IMG/VR virus record: IMGVR_UViG_3300027631_002940
DNA from: an uncultured virus (IMG/VR IMGVR_UViG_3300027631_002940)
Lineage: Duplodnaviria > Heunggongvirae > Uroviricota > Caudoviricetes
DNA length: 64,000 nucleotides
Strand: one strand, 5' to 3'
This document shows, piece after piece, positions 1 through 9,149 of the stretch; positions within the stretch are counted from its first letter, which is position 1; every line of letters starts with the position of its first letter. The position numbers and the translations under genes are program-made. The notes under the pieces are model-generated. The model saw only the letters and a program-made list of their open reading frames with translations, was not told where the DNA came from and searched no databases.

Positions 1-89
1 GAAGCATCTCTCGTAGATGAAGATATAGTCCGACACTCCTTAGAAATGAGGAGGTAAGCTTAGGATAAAGAGCCTAAGTCTAACAGGAG
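1..89 (+). ncRNA. Group I intron, 3' portion (P8, J8/7-P7', P9, P9.x, terminal G); truncated by window start
   Basis: CATCT-ctcgt-AGATG hairpin (5-19), immediately followed by AAGATATAGTCC (20-31, canonical group I S element), a 7-bp stem CTCCTTA-GAAA-TGAGGAG with GNRA loop (36-53) and a hairpin CTTAGG-ataaagag-CCTAAG (59-78). The exact 3' splice site (G86, G87 or G89) is inferred. Confidence 0.75.
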
Positions 90-129
90 CATTAACGATT
101 ATTCAGTCAGCAGAATTTCTGTTGCTTGA
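90..129 (+). CDS. Probable 3' exon (INDYSVSRISVA*) of an intron-split gene, possibly the major capsid protein
   Basis: Frame 91-129 ends in TGA just before a strong terminator. It has no start codon and is cut off upstream by in-frame stops at 55-57 and 61-63. Capsid identity is inferred from context and recollection of huge-phage capsid C-termini. Confidence 0.45.
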
Positions 130-147
130 CGTTTTGTCATGGTGACT

Positions 148-186
148 ATAGTAGGGGAAGTTTTATACTTCCCCTACTATTTTTTT
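148..186 (+). terminator. Rho-independent terminator
   Basis: Perfect 14-bp stem ATAGTAGGGGAAGT / ACTTCCCCTACTAT, 5-nt loop, followed by a T-run. Confidence 0.9.
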
Positions 187-197
187 AAAATAACAAC

Positions 198-229
198 AAA
201 AAAGAGGAGAATAAATCTCCTCTTTTTTT
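198..229. terminator. Bidirectional Rho-independent terminator
   Basis: AAAAAAGAGGAGA-ataaa-TCTCCTCTTTTTT with A/T tracts on both sides, 20 bp past the stop of the minus-strand 1411-aa gene. Confidence 0.85.
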
Positions 230-249
230 ATAACTTCTAACCTTATCTA

Positions 250-3200
250 CTAATAATCATCTTCAACATATTCATTATCATCTTCTGTATATTCATTATT
301 TCTATATTGTTCTAATAGTTCTCTTCGTCTATCATAATCAAACAATGCACTGTATCCATCATCACCATGATCGAATGAAGCGTTATGACTTTCTTTTTTA
401 GCTTTTTTGCTTCTATTATCAAGAATTAAGGCTTGATTTGATGAATCTGTTTCATATACTTCAAAATTAATTCTATGTTCATCATCAAAGTATTCCATAG
501 ATTTATATGGATTATATAAAGATGGAGTTTTTTTTGCTGTAGAATCCACTCTTAAGGTGTATGCATTATTATATGGTCCTTCACCACCTGTAACTTTTCT
601 TTCACCCATTTTAGAAGCTAGTTCGTGGATCATCTCTTTTAATAACTGTTTTCTGTTTTCGCTATGAAAGAAATCATTAGATCCTGTTTCAAAAGAGTCA
701 AAGCAGACATTACCAAAACTATCTTCCCATACATAGCTTTGCATATGAATTTTACCAGTCTTATCTTCTACAACAAAGAAGCAAGCTTGAGGAGAAACTT
801 GTCCATCTAGAGCAGAAGTAAAAGCTTCTCCTTCTGGGTGTTGACAGCAACTTGTATATTGACCTAAGAACATACCTCTGGTATCACTTCTAGGTAAAAA
901 TCTAGCTGTATATTTTCCTCTTGTTGAAGTGTTATCAATAGCCCAATCAGGCATAGGTACAGATTGACTATCTATAAATATTCTTTCTAGTACTTCATAT
1001 TTATGATGTGCAATAGCATTTTGCGATTCTTCATTTGCGTGTGTATGATCTCTTACGAAAGTATCAAAATGTTCTGCAAATTCAACAGCAAAATTAGTAT
1101 CTTTTGGTTCTAAATGGATCAATCTATTTGTAAAGTTATCATATTTAATAAACTTAACTAAATCAGCTGGAGAATATTGTTTTGATAATTCTGATACTAT
1201 TCCTGAGATATTAGTATTTGTTGTAGCGTCTATAAATGAAATATTTCTATTCCATCCTGCTAATATAGTCTTAATTAAATCTTTTGTAGTAGCTTGATAA
1301 TTCTTAAGAAAATATTCTTTAGCCCCTTTTAACCGGAGACTATTTTCTGGCACAATTTGAGCTAATTCGTTTATAGCACCATTAGCTTCGTTAGAATCTA
1401 GCTCAACAAATTTAGTTTTATTTTCAGGATCATCTTTTGTTCGTTCAGCGTTAAAATGTTTTACAGTTACATATTTGTTTAATCCTTTTTCACTTTCATT
1501 ACCAAAGAATTCTGTAATTTTTAATATATTTTTAATTTGTTCATTATTAATATTTCTAAAATTAATATTATTTGATAATTCTTGTTCTAATTTTTGATTA
1601 ATATCAAGAGGTTCTATATTATATTCTTTATTTAATACTTCATCTAGAACATCAAATAAATAATCATATTTATTATTTTTTGTTTGTTCTAATAGGAACA
1701 TTCTAACTTTATTTTTTTTATTTACATCATTTTGTAAGCTGGCAAAAAATCTAACTTCGGATTCATTTAATCCAAGAACACTTTTATAATTGTCTTGAAA
1801 TTCGATTGGATTTGAAAATTGTCTTGTATTCAATCCACCTGGAAGGGTGTTATTTCTTTCTTCTTCTGGAGTTTTTGTATACCAATTAATAAGCCAATTC
1901 GCTTGTTTTATTTGAGTGTCTAAATTATTAAATTGTCTATTTGCAACATTTAAGTTTTCTTGATTTTTATCATAGATATTTTTTAGAGAATCGTTTTTAT
2001 CATCTATTAAAAATCCATATTCTGTGGGTGAAATATTTTTAGAAAATTCAGGTAATGAAATATTATCTTTTTTATATATTCTTTCAATATATTTAATAAT
2101 AGCTACAGGAGTGTGGAAATTTGTAATGTTCGGATTTTTTACAAGCAGAGAAGAGACTAAATTATATTCTTCATTATCTGGGGTTAGATTAGGAAATTTT
2201 TGTTCAATAGCTTTTTTTGCATTTTCTATTTTTTCTAAATCTAAAACATGCAATAAATCATCGAAAGTATATTTTTTGCCATCTTTTTCTAAATTATTTA
2301 AATTATTATAGAAAGATTCAGCATCTTTAAAACCAAAGAACATTAATAAAGGAATGATATTTCTATTTAAAACTTTGATTTTATTTGTCTCAATAAGAAT
2401 TTTATTATTACTATTTTTATATCCTTGACCAATAAACTTTGCAAATCTTAAATCTAAACCAACTAAAGATAAATTGCCTAGAATATAATCATAACTGTAA
2501 TCATTATCAAAGAATACAAATCTATTCGCTGTTCTATTTACATCAATAGGGTGTTCAGTATTATTTGTATCTTCGTTAAATGATTCTAATAATTTAATTT
2601 TATCTTCTTTAGATAGATCGAAAACACAGTAGTTATTAATAATTGATTGTATGAATAAACCATAATTAGGAATACTGTAAATATTAGGAAAATATTCTTT
2701 TATTTTATTTATTTTTTCGTATCCACCTTCAGTACCATGAGATTTTATTAATCTGATTTCTTCTGGTGATAAATTCATTTGTTCAGGTTTTAATTCTCTG
2801 ATAATGAATTTCAAATAATCTGTCCCACTGTTATATATTGCTAGAGTATTATTAGTAAAATATTCTAGCACTACAGATGGGTTTATTCCGGATAAAGTTT
2901 TACAAATCTCATTATCTTTTATATATAATTTATTAAAAAATGAAAATATGCTTATATTATTATCAGCTAAATTTTGGATGAATTGTGCATAAAGTTCTGG
3001 ATTTCTTTTAAAATTATCATCAAGTTTTTTAACAGAAGAAATCAAAGTCATAGTTTTGCTGGCAGAATAAGGTGATATATCATTTTCATCTTCATAATTT
3101 GGAGTTATTAAGTCATTATCACTATTAATAAGATTGTTGTTTTTTAAAGTCAAATTTGCAATATTAAAATATGTATTGCTGTTTTGTATTTCTTCAAAAG

Positions 3201-4485
3201 ACACCCCGGAATCAAGAGCATATCCTATAGCATCAGCACCGAAACGATCATTATTATTGAAATTTAATTTTTTAATATGTGCTAATTTGAGTATATCAAC
3301 TACAGTCTGTGGTTTAAAAGTATCACATAACTTAACAGCTCTCTCTTTGTCAATTTCTAGCTTATCAATACCATAATCTTTTAACTCATCATAATAAGCT
3401 ACTAAAATTTCTTTTAATTTATCTCCTAATAAATTAAATCTTGAATTAATAACACTTTCTGCTTGTCTTATATCTTTATAATAAACGTTTGTATTAAATG
3501 TAAATTTGTCATCTGGTTGTAAGCTTACTATTTTAATAAAAGTATCAAACCCATTTTTCATAGCATATTGAAATCTACTTTTAAGTTCATCTATTTTATT
3601 TAAAGTGGATTCAATAGGAACTTTATAGATTTGTAATATTTGATCATTATTCATTACATCAAAAGATTGCAATAAACTACTACTTAAATTATTTCTAATG
3701 ATAAATGAAATTAATGATTGAACAGTAGCGGGATCTTGTTTATATTCCTCTTCAAAAACTTTCATATATTTATCATAGTCAGATTTTGCAGTTTCTCTAT
3801 CTTTAGATTCAACTTTTAAAGCCATATTAATACGGCTCATGACATAAATAGCTATTTTTTCTGGACTATTTAATTCTCTAGCAAAATATTCTAATCCTAA
3901 TAAAACACTTTTATTGTAATAATAAGCAAGTGCAAGCCCTAGTGCATAATTAAAATGAGTAAATTGGTGATAATATTCTTCTTGTTTTCTAGCATTATAA
4001 GGTTCTACTGAATGTTGAAGATATGTAAGAGCTTCAACTAATCCCTCTTCAACAGTATTTTTAGATTTCAAAATACTTAATAAAGAATTAGCTATACTTG
4101 TAACTTCTTTATCTTTTTCAGGCCCAAATGAAGATAAGTTTGATTTATGATGAAATATTTTTTCATCAAATTCTCCTAGACTATCGGATTTTAAGAATGG
4201 TAAACCTAAGTCATCATGTAATCTTTGTCTATTTAATACTTCTGGAATTTCGGCATCAGGATTAGGTTGCAAAGTATTTGGATCGTTAGATTTGATTGGA
4301 GGAACAATATCTTCATCTACTTCAATTTCTTCATCTTGTTCAGTTTGAGATGTGATTATTTTTGCATGGTAATTAGAAACTGTAGTAAGGTAAGAAGATA
4401 AAGAAAATTCACCTTTGTTATCTAATATTTCTGAGTATTTAATAAGCTTATCGAAAGTAGCTTTAGCTGATTTGATTCTTGACAT
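250..4485 (-). CDS. 1411-aa protein with C-terminal CCQ-motif (PcfJ/GNAT-like) domain; possible head-internal protein
   Basis: Long ORF. C-terminal GMFLGQYTSCCQHPEG...SPQACFFVVEDKTGKIHMQSYVW...VCFDSFE and an acidic tail. Its N-terminal LIKxSxxLDxxGE motif is shared with the ORF at 6571. Confidence 0.6.
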   Translation of the reverse strand: MSRIKSAKATFDKLIKYSEILDNKGEFSLSSYLTTVSNYHAKIITSQTEQDEEIEVDEDIVPPIKSNDPNTLQPNPDAEIPEVLNRQRLHDDLGLPFLKSDSLGEFDEKIFHHKSNLSSFGPEKDKEVTSIANSLLSILKSKNTVEEGLVEALTYLQHSVEPYNARKQEEYYHQFTHFNYALGLALAYYYNKSVLLGLEYFARELNSPEKIAIYVMSRINMALKVESKDRETAKSDYDKYMKVFEEEYKQDPATVQSLISFIIRNNLSSSLLQSFDVMNNDQILQIYKVPIESTLNKIDELKSRFQYAMKNGFDTFIKIVSLQPDDKFTFNTNVYYKDIRQAESVINSRFNLLGDKLKEILVAYYDELKDYGIDKLEIDKERAVKLCDTFKPQTVVDILKLAHIKKLNFNNNDRFGADAIGYALDSGVSFEEIQNSNTYFNIANLTLKNNNLINSDNDLITPNYEDENDISPYSASKTMTLISSVKKLDDNFKRNPELYAQFIQNLADNNISIFSFFNKLYIKDNEICKTLSGINPSVVLEYFTNNTLAIYNSGTDYLKFIIRELKPEQMNLSPEEIRLIKSHGTEGGYEKINKIKEYFPNIYSIPNYGLFIQSIINNYCVFDLSKEDKIKLLESFNEDTNNTEHPIDVNRTANRFVFFDNDYSYDYILGNLSLVGLDLRFAKFIGQGYKNSNNKILIETNKIKVLNRNIIPLLMFFGFKDAESFYNNLNNLEKDGKKYTFDDLLHVLDLEKIENAKKAIEQKFPNLTPDNEEYNLVSSLLVKNPNITNFHTPVAIIKYIERIYKKDNISLPEFSKNISPTEYGFLIDDKNDSLKNIYDKNQENLNVANRQFNNLDTQIKQANWLINWYTKTPEEERNNTLPGGLNTRQFSNPIEFQDNYKSVLGLNESEVRFFASLQNDVNKKNKVRMFLLEQTKNNKYDYLFDVLDEVLNKEYNIEPLDINQKLEQELSNNINFRNINNEQIKNILKITEFFGNESEKGLNKYVTVKHFNAERTKDDPENKTKFVELDSNEANGAINELAQIVPENSLRLKGAKEYFLKNYQATTKDLIKTILAGWNRNISFIDATTNTNISGIVSELSKQYSPADLVKFIKYDNFTNRLIHLEPKDTNFAVEFAEHFDTFVRDHTHANEESQNAIAHHKYEVLERIFIDSQSVPMPDWAIDNTSTRGKYTARFLPRSDTRGMFLGQYTSCCQHPEGEAFTSALDGQVSPQACFFVVEDKTGKIHMQSYVWEDSFGNVCFDSFETGSNDFFHSENRKQLLKEMIHELASKMGERKVTGGEGPYNNAYTLRVDSTAKKTPSLYNPYKSMEYFDDEHRINFEVYETDSSNQALILDNRSKKAKKESHNASFDHGDDGYSALFDYDRRRELLEQYRNNEYTEDDNEYVEDDY

Positions 4486-4586
4486 TTATTAACCTGAAAA
4501 AGAGTTATAGTATATATATATTTCTACACATTACTATATCTTTCTTCTTTGTATGGATATTTGATAATTATATAGAATATTATTAT

Positions 4587-5048
4587 ATGACTCAGCAAGA
4601 AGCATATGGTGAATTTTATCCATTATTACAAAGCTCTGGAAAGATATATAACAAATCATCATTAGTTTATGTATATAGAGCTTTTGTAGGTGAATATATA
4701 GAAACATGGACAGCTGATGGATTAGAAACCACAAATTATGCTTGTGATGGTGATTTTGTAGTACAGAATATTCAAACATCTTATCAGGAAAAATATATTG
4801 TTCCTGAAGATATGTTTTTTAAAAGGTACAAATTCTTTTATTATCATGAAAAAGGAGCTATATACATGCCAATTGGAAGTGTATTAGCAACAAAATATCA
4901 TGGAGAAGATTTATGTTTCGTAGCTAAGTGGGGTAGATTGATGTCCCTAAAAACAGGGGATATTATTGCTTCTCCTATGCCTGATTGTAAAGAAGTATAT
5001 AGAATAGCGTCTCAGGAATTTTATGAGTCGTATGGAGATTTATTGTAA
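4587..5048 (+). CDS. PGDYG-like domain protein (two internal repeats)
   Basis: Two similar halves (DGDFVV..EKYIVPEDMFFKRY and TGDIIA..EVYRIASQEFYESY). Start moved from 4479 to ATG 4587 to avoid overlap with the divergent gene. Confidence 0.6.
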   Translation: MTQQEAYGEFYPLLQSSGKIYNKSSLVYVYRAFVGEYIETWTADGLETTNYACDGDFVVQNIQTSYQEKYIVPEDMFFKRYKFFYYHEKGAIYMPIGSVLATKYHGEDLCFVAKWGRLMSLKTGDIIASPMPDCKEVYRIASQEFYESYGDLL

Positions 5049-6145
5049 TGTGGTATAAGATCGCAAAATATGGATATATAGATGTTCAAAAATACATAGA
5101 AGATGGATTAGGGTATGAACTTAATTTCAAGGTGGATGAATATTTAAAATATATTATTGTTAATTCAGCCAATTCTGTCGGCAATAATATGGTAGTAAAT
5201 TTTGACAAATTAAATACCCAACTTCAAAATTCTCCATTCAATAGTTTTGTATCCGGATTTGCAGCGATAGATCCTAATGATGAGAGTGGACTTGAGGGAG
5301 CTATAGGGTCTTATGAGCCAGAAACAAAAAATATGTTTATAATCCCTCAATTCCCAAAATTTATGATTCCTAAAATGGTTGATGTTTTATTACATGAATT
5401 TGCTCATGCTTTAGACCCTGGAATGAATAAAAGAAAACCAGATAAATCATACAGCAAGCATAACATAATGAATATACTTCCTTATGTTATCAATAATATT
5501 AATCAATTCAAGCAATCTTCAGGAAGAATGTTATCAAGAGAGCAAATTTGGAGTGTTTTTATTGAAATAGCTGTCAAAGAAAAATTTGGAGCTAATTTGC
5601 CAGAATCTGTAAAAGCTCAATATAAAGAAGATGTTAATGATATTTTAAGTAAAGATAAAGATGCAATCACTGATAATATTCTTGCAATCTTGAGCAATAA
5701 TGTTGTTGATGAAAAAAGTGCGGATGATTTCGTACAAAAAGAATATCTTAATCAGAGAGTTGAAGCTCCAGCTCAATTATTATCATTACATAGAGAATCT
5801 ATGCCTTCAGTATTACTTAATTATTGTGCTACTTCTTTATTAGCATTTTTGATGCAAAGAAAGCCTAATTTATTACAAATTTTAGGAGTTACTTCTGAAA
5901 CAAATGCTGTAGAAGTATTACGTAAAATTAAAGAAAAGTCTCCTGGTTTCATTGACAGTAATATGAAACAAAAAATGATGAGTATAGTCAAAGAAGAATT
6001 GTTTACAAATATACAAAATTCAGATATTTTACAAATAAGTAAAGACTTTGTTTTAAAAACACGAAGAAAGCATGAAAAGAGACAAATTTATAAAATCCTA
6101 AATGATAACGTTACTGAATTCAAAAAACTTGTTGATGAACTTTAG
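5048..6145 (+). CDS. Zincin-like metallopeptidase-domain protein
   Basis: VLLHEFAHALD (HEXXH), preceded by AIGSYEP strand, with downstream YLNQRVEAPA as candidate third ligand; N-terminal MWYKIA. Confidence 0.7.
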   Translation: MWYKIAKYGYIDVQKYIEDGLGYELNFKVDEYLKYIIVNSANSVGNNMVVNFDKLNTQLQNSPFNSFVSGFAAIDPNDESGLEGAIGSYEPETKNMFIIPQFPKFMIPKMVDVLLHEFAHALDPGMNKRKPDKSYSKHNIMNILPYVINNINQFKQSSGRMLSREQIWSVFIEIAVKEKFGANLPESVKAQYKEDVNDILSKDKDAITDNILAILSNNVVDEKSADDFVQKEYLNQRVEAPAQLLSLHRESMPSVLLNYCATSLLAFLMQRKPNLLQILGVTSETNAVEVLRKIKEKSPGFIDSNMKQKMMSIVKEELFTNIQNSDILQISKDFVLKTRRKHEKRQIYKILNDNVTEFKKLVDEL

Positions 6146-6177
6146 ATTGTAACATAAATTTCTGTAAAATTAAATTT

Positions 6178-6205
6178 AAAGGTTCGATATAACTTTTAGA
6201 AGAAT
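6178..6205 (+). promoter_or_regulatory. Candidate phage late promoter AAAGG-N19-GAAT
   Basis: Intergenic, upstream of 6236; same bipartite motif recurs at 19711, 26543, 44324 and 63426. Confidence 0.5.
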
Positions 6206-6235
6206 CAAATATTATAAATTGATTGAGGTATTTTA

Positions 6236-6574
6236 GTGAGAGATAGGGATTTTGATTTTTATCCCAAGATTAATAGGGGTGAATTTGCTGATCGTAAGAA
6301 AAGTAAATATAGTGTTGAAGATGACGATGATCTTAGAGATGCATTTGATGAAATTGTAGATGAGATTTCTGAAAAATTTCTAGGCATGTATGGAATCCAC
6401 AATGTTACAAAAAGTATTTCAAGTAATGCTGTATTTGTATATATTGACAATCCTTCTGATTTACCTGAAGATGAATTAAAAGAAATTAAGATTCTTTCAA
6501 GACCTCATAAATTAGTTGTCAAGCAATCAAAAAATAAAGAAAATACAGAACATTTAGATAAATTAATTAAATGA
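6236..6574 (+). CDS. Hypothetical protein (112 aa)
   Basis: GTG start preceded by GAGGT; overlaps next gene by 4 nt. Confidence 0.7.
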   Translation: MRDRDFDFYPKINRGEFADRKKSKYSVEDDDDLRDAFDEIVDEISEKFLGMYGIHNVTKSISSNAVFVYIDNPSDLPEDELKEIKILSRPHKLVVKQSKNKENTEHLDKLIK

Positions 6575-6786
6575 AAAACGAACTTATAACCAGACTTATT
6601 AAAGTGTCAGCTCTTTTGGATGAAGAGGGTGAAGAAGATTTATCCACTCACTATTTAGATCAAGCTGAAGATATTATGAATGATCCTGATTCAGAAGGTG
6701 ATGAAGTATTACCAGAAGATACAGAAGAAATTTCAGCTGATGATTTTAAGTCAATGCTAGAAGAAATGGGTATAGAAGTTAACTAG
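6571..6786 (+). CDS. Small acidic protein with LIKxSxxLDxxG motif
   Basis: 71 aa, very D/E-rich, coupled to upstream gene; motif shared with the N-terminus of the 1411-aa protein. Confidence 0.7.
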   Translation: MKNELITRLIKVSALLDEEGEEDLSTHYLDQAEDIMNDPDSEGDEVLPEDTEEISADDFKSMLEEMGIEVN

Positions 6787-7481
6787 ATTTTTGGCATACT
6801 AGACATGTATTGTTGTAGCATTTCATCAGATACATTACTTTGCTGTGGAATAGTCTGATTATCCATCATTTGTTGTGGAGCTAAACCAAAAGCATCAGAT
6901 CTAGCGGTCATAATTAATTGTAATCTTTCAAAATCGGATATTGACATTTTCTTAAATTCATCTCTTGTCATAGTCAATATCCCTTTTGTCATATAGTCCA
7001 CTTCTATAATTAAGGGCAGCACAGGATAACCGTCTTGTGTTTCGCCCTTAAAGTATTTAAGGGCAGATGTATATATAGAATTAGCTTCTTTAGCATCTAG
7101 AGTAATTCTTTTGTAATATTCAGACCAAAATGATTCAATGTATGGCTGAGAAATTTTAGATAATAAAGTCCCATAGATATCATTATATTCAATTCTATTT
7201 TCGCTAATTGAATAGATCCATTTTAAGACTTTTTTGATTAGTTCTCTTTTTTCATATTCGCCGTTAAAATAAATTTCATCATCATCTTTTCTAAACGATA
7301 ATGCTTCTATTCTTAAGGCTTCTTCCCAAGTTAAATCTTCACAGCAAAACAAGATTGAATTATCATTTAATTCAATCTTAATAATGTATTCGTCATCTTT
7401 TGCTTTTGGGGGAATAGAGTTTTCTTGATTATCGGAAGAAATTAACTGCAATAATCTTTCTAATGCTTCGTCTTTTGTCAT
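6783..7481 (-). CDS. Putative tail assembly chaperone-like protein (232 aa)
   Basis: Acidic helical protein directly downstream of a tube-like gene; LTWEEALRIE..WIY and C-terminal DEFKKMSISDFERL. Confidence 0.4.
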   Translation of the reverse strand: MTKDEALERLLQLISSDNQENSIPPKAKDDEYIIKIELNDNSILFCCEDLTWEEALRIEALSFRKDDDEIYFNGEYEKRELIKKVLKWIYSISENRIEYNDIYGTLLSKISQPYIESFWSEYYKRITLDAKEANSIYTSALKYFKGETQDGYPVLPLIIEVDYMTKGILTMTRDEFKKMSISDFERLQLIMTARSDAFGLAPQQMMDNQTIPQQSNVSDEMLQQYMSSMPKI

Positions 7482-8749
7482 TTTACATCCTTGAATGGGA
7501 CAGCAAATTCACTTACTCTTGCATCTTTAGTTATATCAGATAAACCAGGATTAATTACACCACCATTAGCTAATCTTGCAACAAAATTAAATGTATGATA
7601 ATAACCGCTTTCAGAAGATATTTCGTGTGTAGGTTGTTGCCATTCGATATTATCCATAGGGAAGAAAAAACAACCACCAAAATATAGTGTTAATGCTCCA
7701 GAATTGCTTATATCTAATATTTCTTCTTCGCAAAAAAAAGTAAAACTTCCACGTACAGTTCTACTTTTTAATGAAGCATATTTCGGACCGACATGATCGC
7801 CTAAATAGCTGCCTGAAATATCTGTAGGATTTGTATATGTAAAATCGATTTCATTAGAAATTTCAAGATCCATCTTGACTAGTTTATATGTGGGGGCTTT
7901 TTTAGTATTAAATCTATTTTTTACAGCTTTATATAAATTATCAACAGATGTATGAGCTTTATAGTCAATCAAACAATCTATAATATTGCAGAATCTATAA
8001 GGTAAAAAATTTGTGGTAGGTTCTTGCGCTGATGTAGGACTTTGAGTATTTTCATCTATTTTAGGAACAAATGAGTAAACATTAGGCTTTGTTTTATCCA
8101 AAAATGGCTTGACTAAAAATTTACCACCAACAAAAGATGCTGTAAATACAACAGGTTGTAATTTACTGGATCCATCTACGGAAATAGTTATGCTGGACAA
8201 AAACGCAGGACCATACGATAAATGTGACTCTATACTAGTTGCAAGCATAATAGGATATAAAGGTACTACACAAGCGGAATATAATATCTTTTCTGATTCT
8301 AAAACTTCTGGTACACCTTTGTATGTTGCAGAGTTAGAAGATTCTATTGTTACTAAAGGACTATACTTAAAAGTCCCACTATACTTCTGTTCACCATATC
8401 TAGGCATATTAACTTGGCTAACAGATAAACCAGTTTGAACACCTGAAAATATTTGCGATCCTGTATTGTCTGAAAATGAAGAAACCCAAAATGGATGAAA
8501 ACTTTCTACAGCATCAAGATAATAATGTTTTGTAAAATCATCATATACAACAGGCAATAAGCTTCCAAACTTAAATAAATCCCATCTCCAAATATCTTTT
8601 TTTACTTTACTTGTGCGAATTTTAGATGTTTCAACACTAGCATATAAACTACTCCATATACTTTTATTAACTGCTGGAATACCTAATATATAAGCAGTGT
8701 TATTAGAAGCGCTAGAAGGGTTAAAAGTATTTGTTAAGTACGTAATCAT
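7478..8749 (-). CDS. Tail-tube-like protein 2 (423 aa)
   Basis: AFLSSITISVDG..VVFTASFVG, LVKMDLEISNEI and RTVRGSFTF match the tail-tube strand pattern and parallel the ORF at 9150. Confidence 0.5.
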   Translation of the reverse strand: MITYLTNTFNPSSASNNTAYILGIPAVNKSIWSSLYASVETSKIRTSKVKKDIWRWDLFKFGSLLPVVYDDFTKHYYLDAVESFHPFWVSSFSDNTGSQIFSGVQTGLSVSQVNMPRYGEQKYSGTFKYSPLVTIESSNSATYKGVPEVLESEKILYSACVVPLYPIMLATSIESHLSYGPAFLSSITISVDGSSKLQPVVFTASFVGGKFLVKPFLDKTKPNVYSFVPKIDENTQSPTSAQEPTTNFLPYRFCNIIDCLIDYKAHTSVDNLYKAVKNRFNTKKAPTYKLVKMDLEISNEIDFTYTNPTDISGSYLGDHVGPKYASLKSRTVRGSFTFFCEEEILDISNSGALTLYFGGCFFFPMDNIEWQQPTHEISSESGYYHTFNFVARLANGGVINPGLSDITKDARVSEFAVPFKDVK

Positions 8750-9147
8750 TTCGCCCCAGTAATTCTAACCCATTCTTTAGCTAATGCCTTAACTATCTCG
8801 TATCTCATCCTGCCCAATGTTTCTAGATTAATTGGAATTTGTCTATTAGTTTCTGAATCTTTTAAATTCCAGGATTTGAAGAAATTAAGGAGAATTAATT
8901 TACAGAATACAGAAATTCTCACCATTGGATTTCCTGTCACCGCATTAATAATAGTAGCTTCTTCTAAAATTTTAGACATTGTATCAAAATCTCTTCCAGT
9001 AACATCGCATACAATTTCCAAAACATCATCACCATCTTCATCAGGCTTTAAGATTTTGATAGAAGTAGCAATATCATCAATTTTCCCTGTGATTTTTAAT
9101 TTAACTGTAATAGGAAAGGTCTGATTAGGATCAATAAATATACTCAT
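8746..9147 (-). CDS. Putative tail assembly chaperone-like protein (133 aa)
   Basis: Follows a tube-like gene; FKSWNLKD...IPINLETLGRM pattern typical of tail chaperones. Confidence 0.45.
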   Translation of the reverse strand: MSIFIDPNQTFPITVKLKITGKIDDIATSIKILKPDEDGDDVLEIVCDVTGRDFDTMSKILEEATIINAVTGNPMVRISVFCKLILLNFFKSWNLKDSETNRQIPINLETLGRMRYEIVKALAKEWVRITGAK

Positions 9148-9149
9148 GA

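Noticed and set aside
1..57. Ordinary gene end EASLVDEDIVRHSLEMRR*
   Set aside because: Coincides with the intron core elements. It could be the tail of an intron-encoded ORF, but this cannot be supported without upstream sequence.
127..146. tRNA or other small structured RNA after the exon
   Set aside because: Only 4-bp TGAC/GTCA pairings; no cloverleaf or T-loop consensus
4479..4586. Hydrophobic N-terminal extension of the PGDYG-like ORF
   Set aside because: Arises from AT-rich intergenic DNA and overlaps the divergent start; ATG 4587 is more plausible
8746..9147. Programmed -1 frameshift in the tail chaperone
   Set aside because: Slippery-looking A/T heptamers are expected by chance at this AT content, and the next gene has its own coupled ATG
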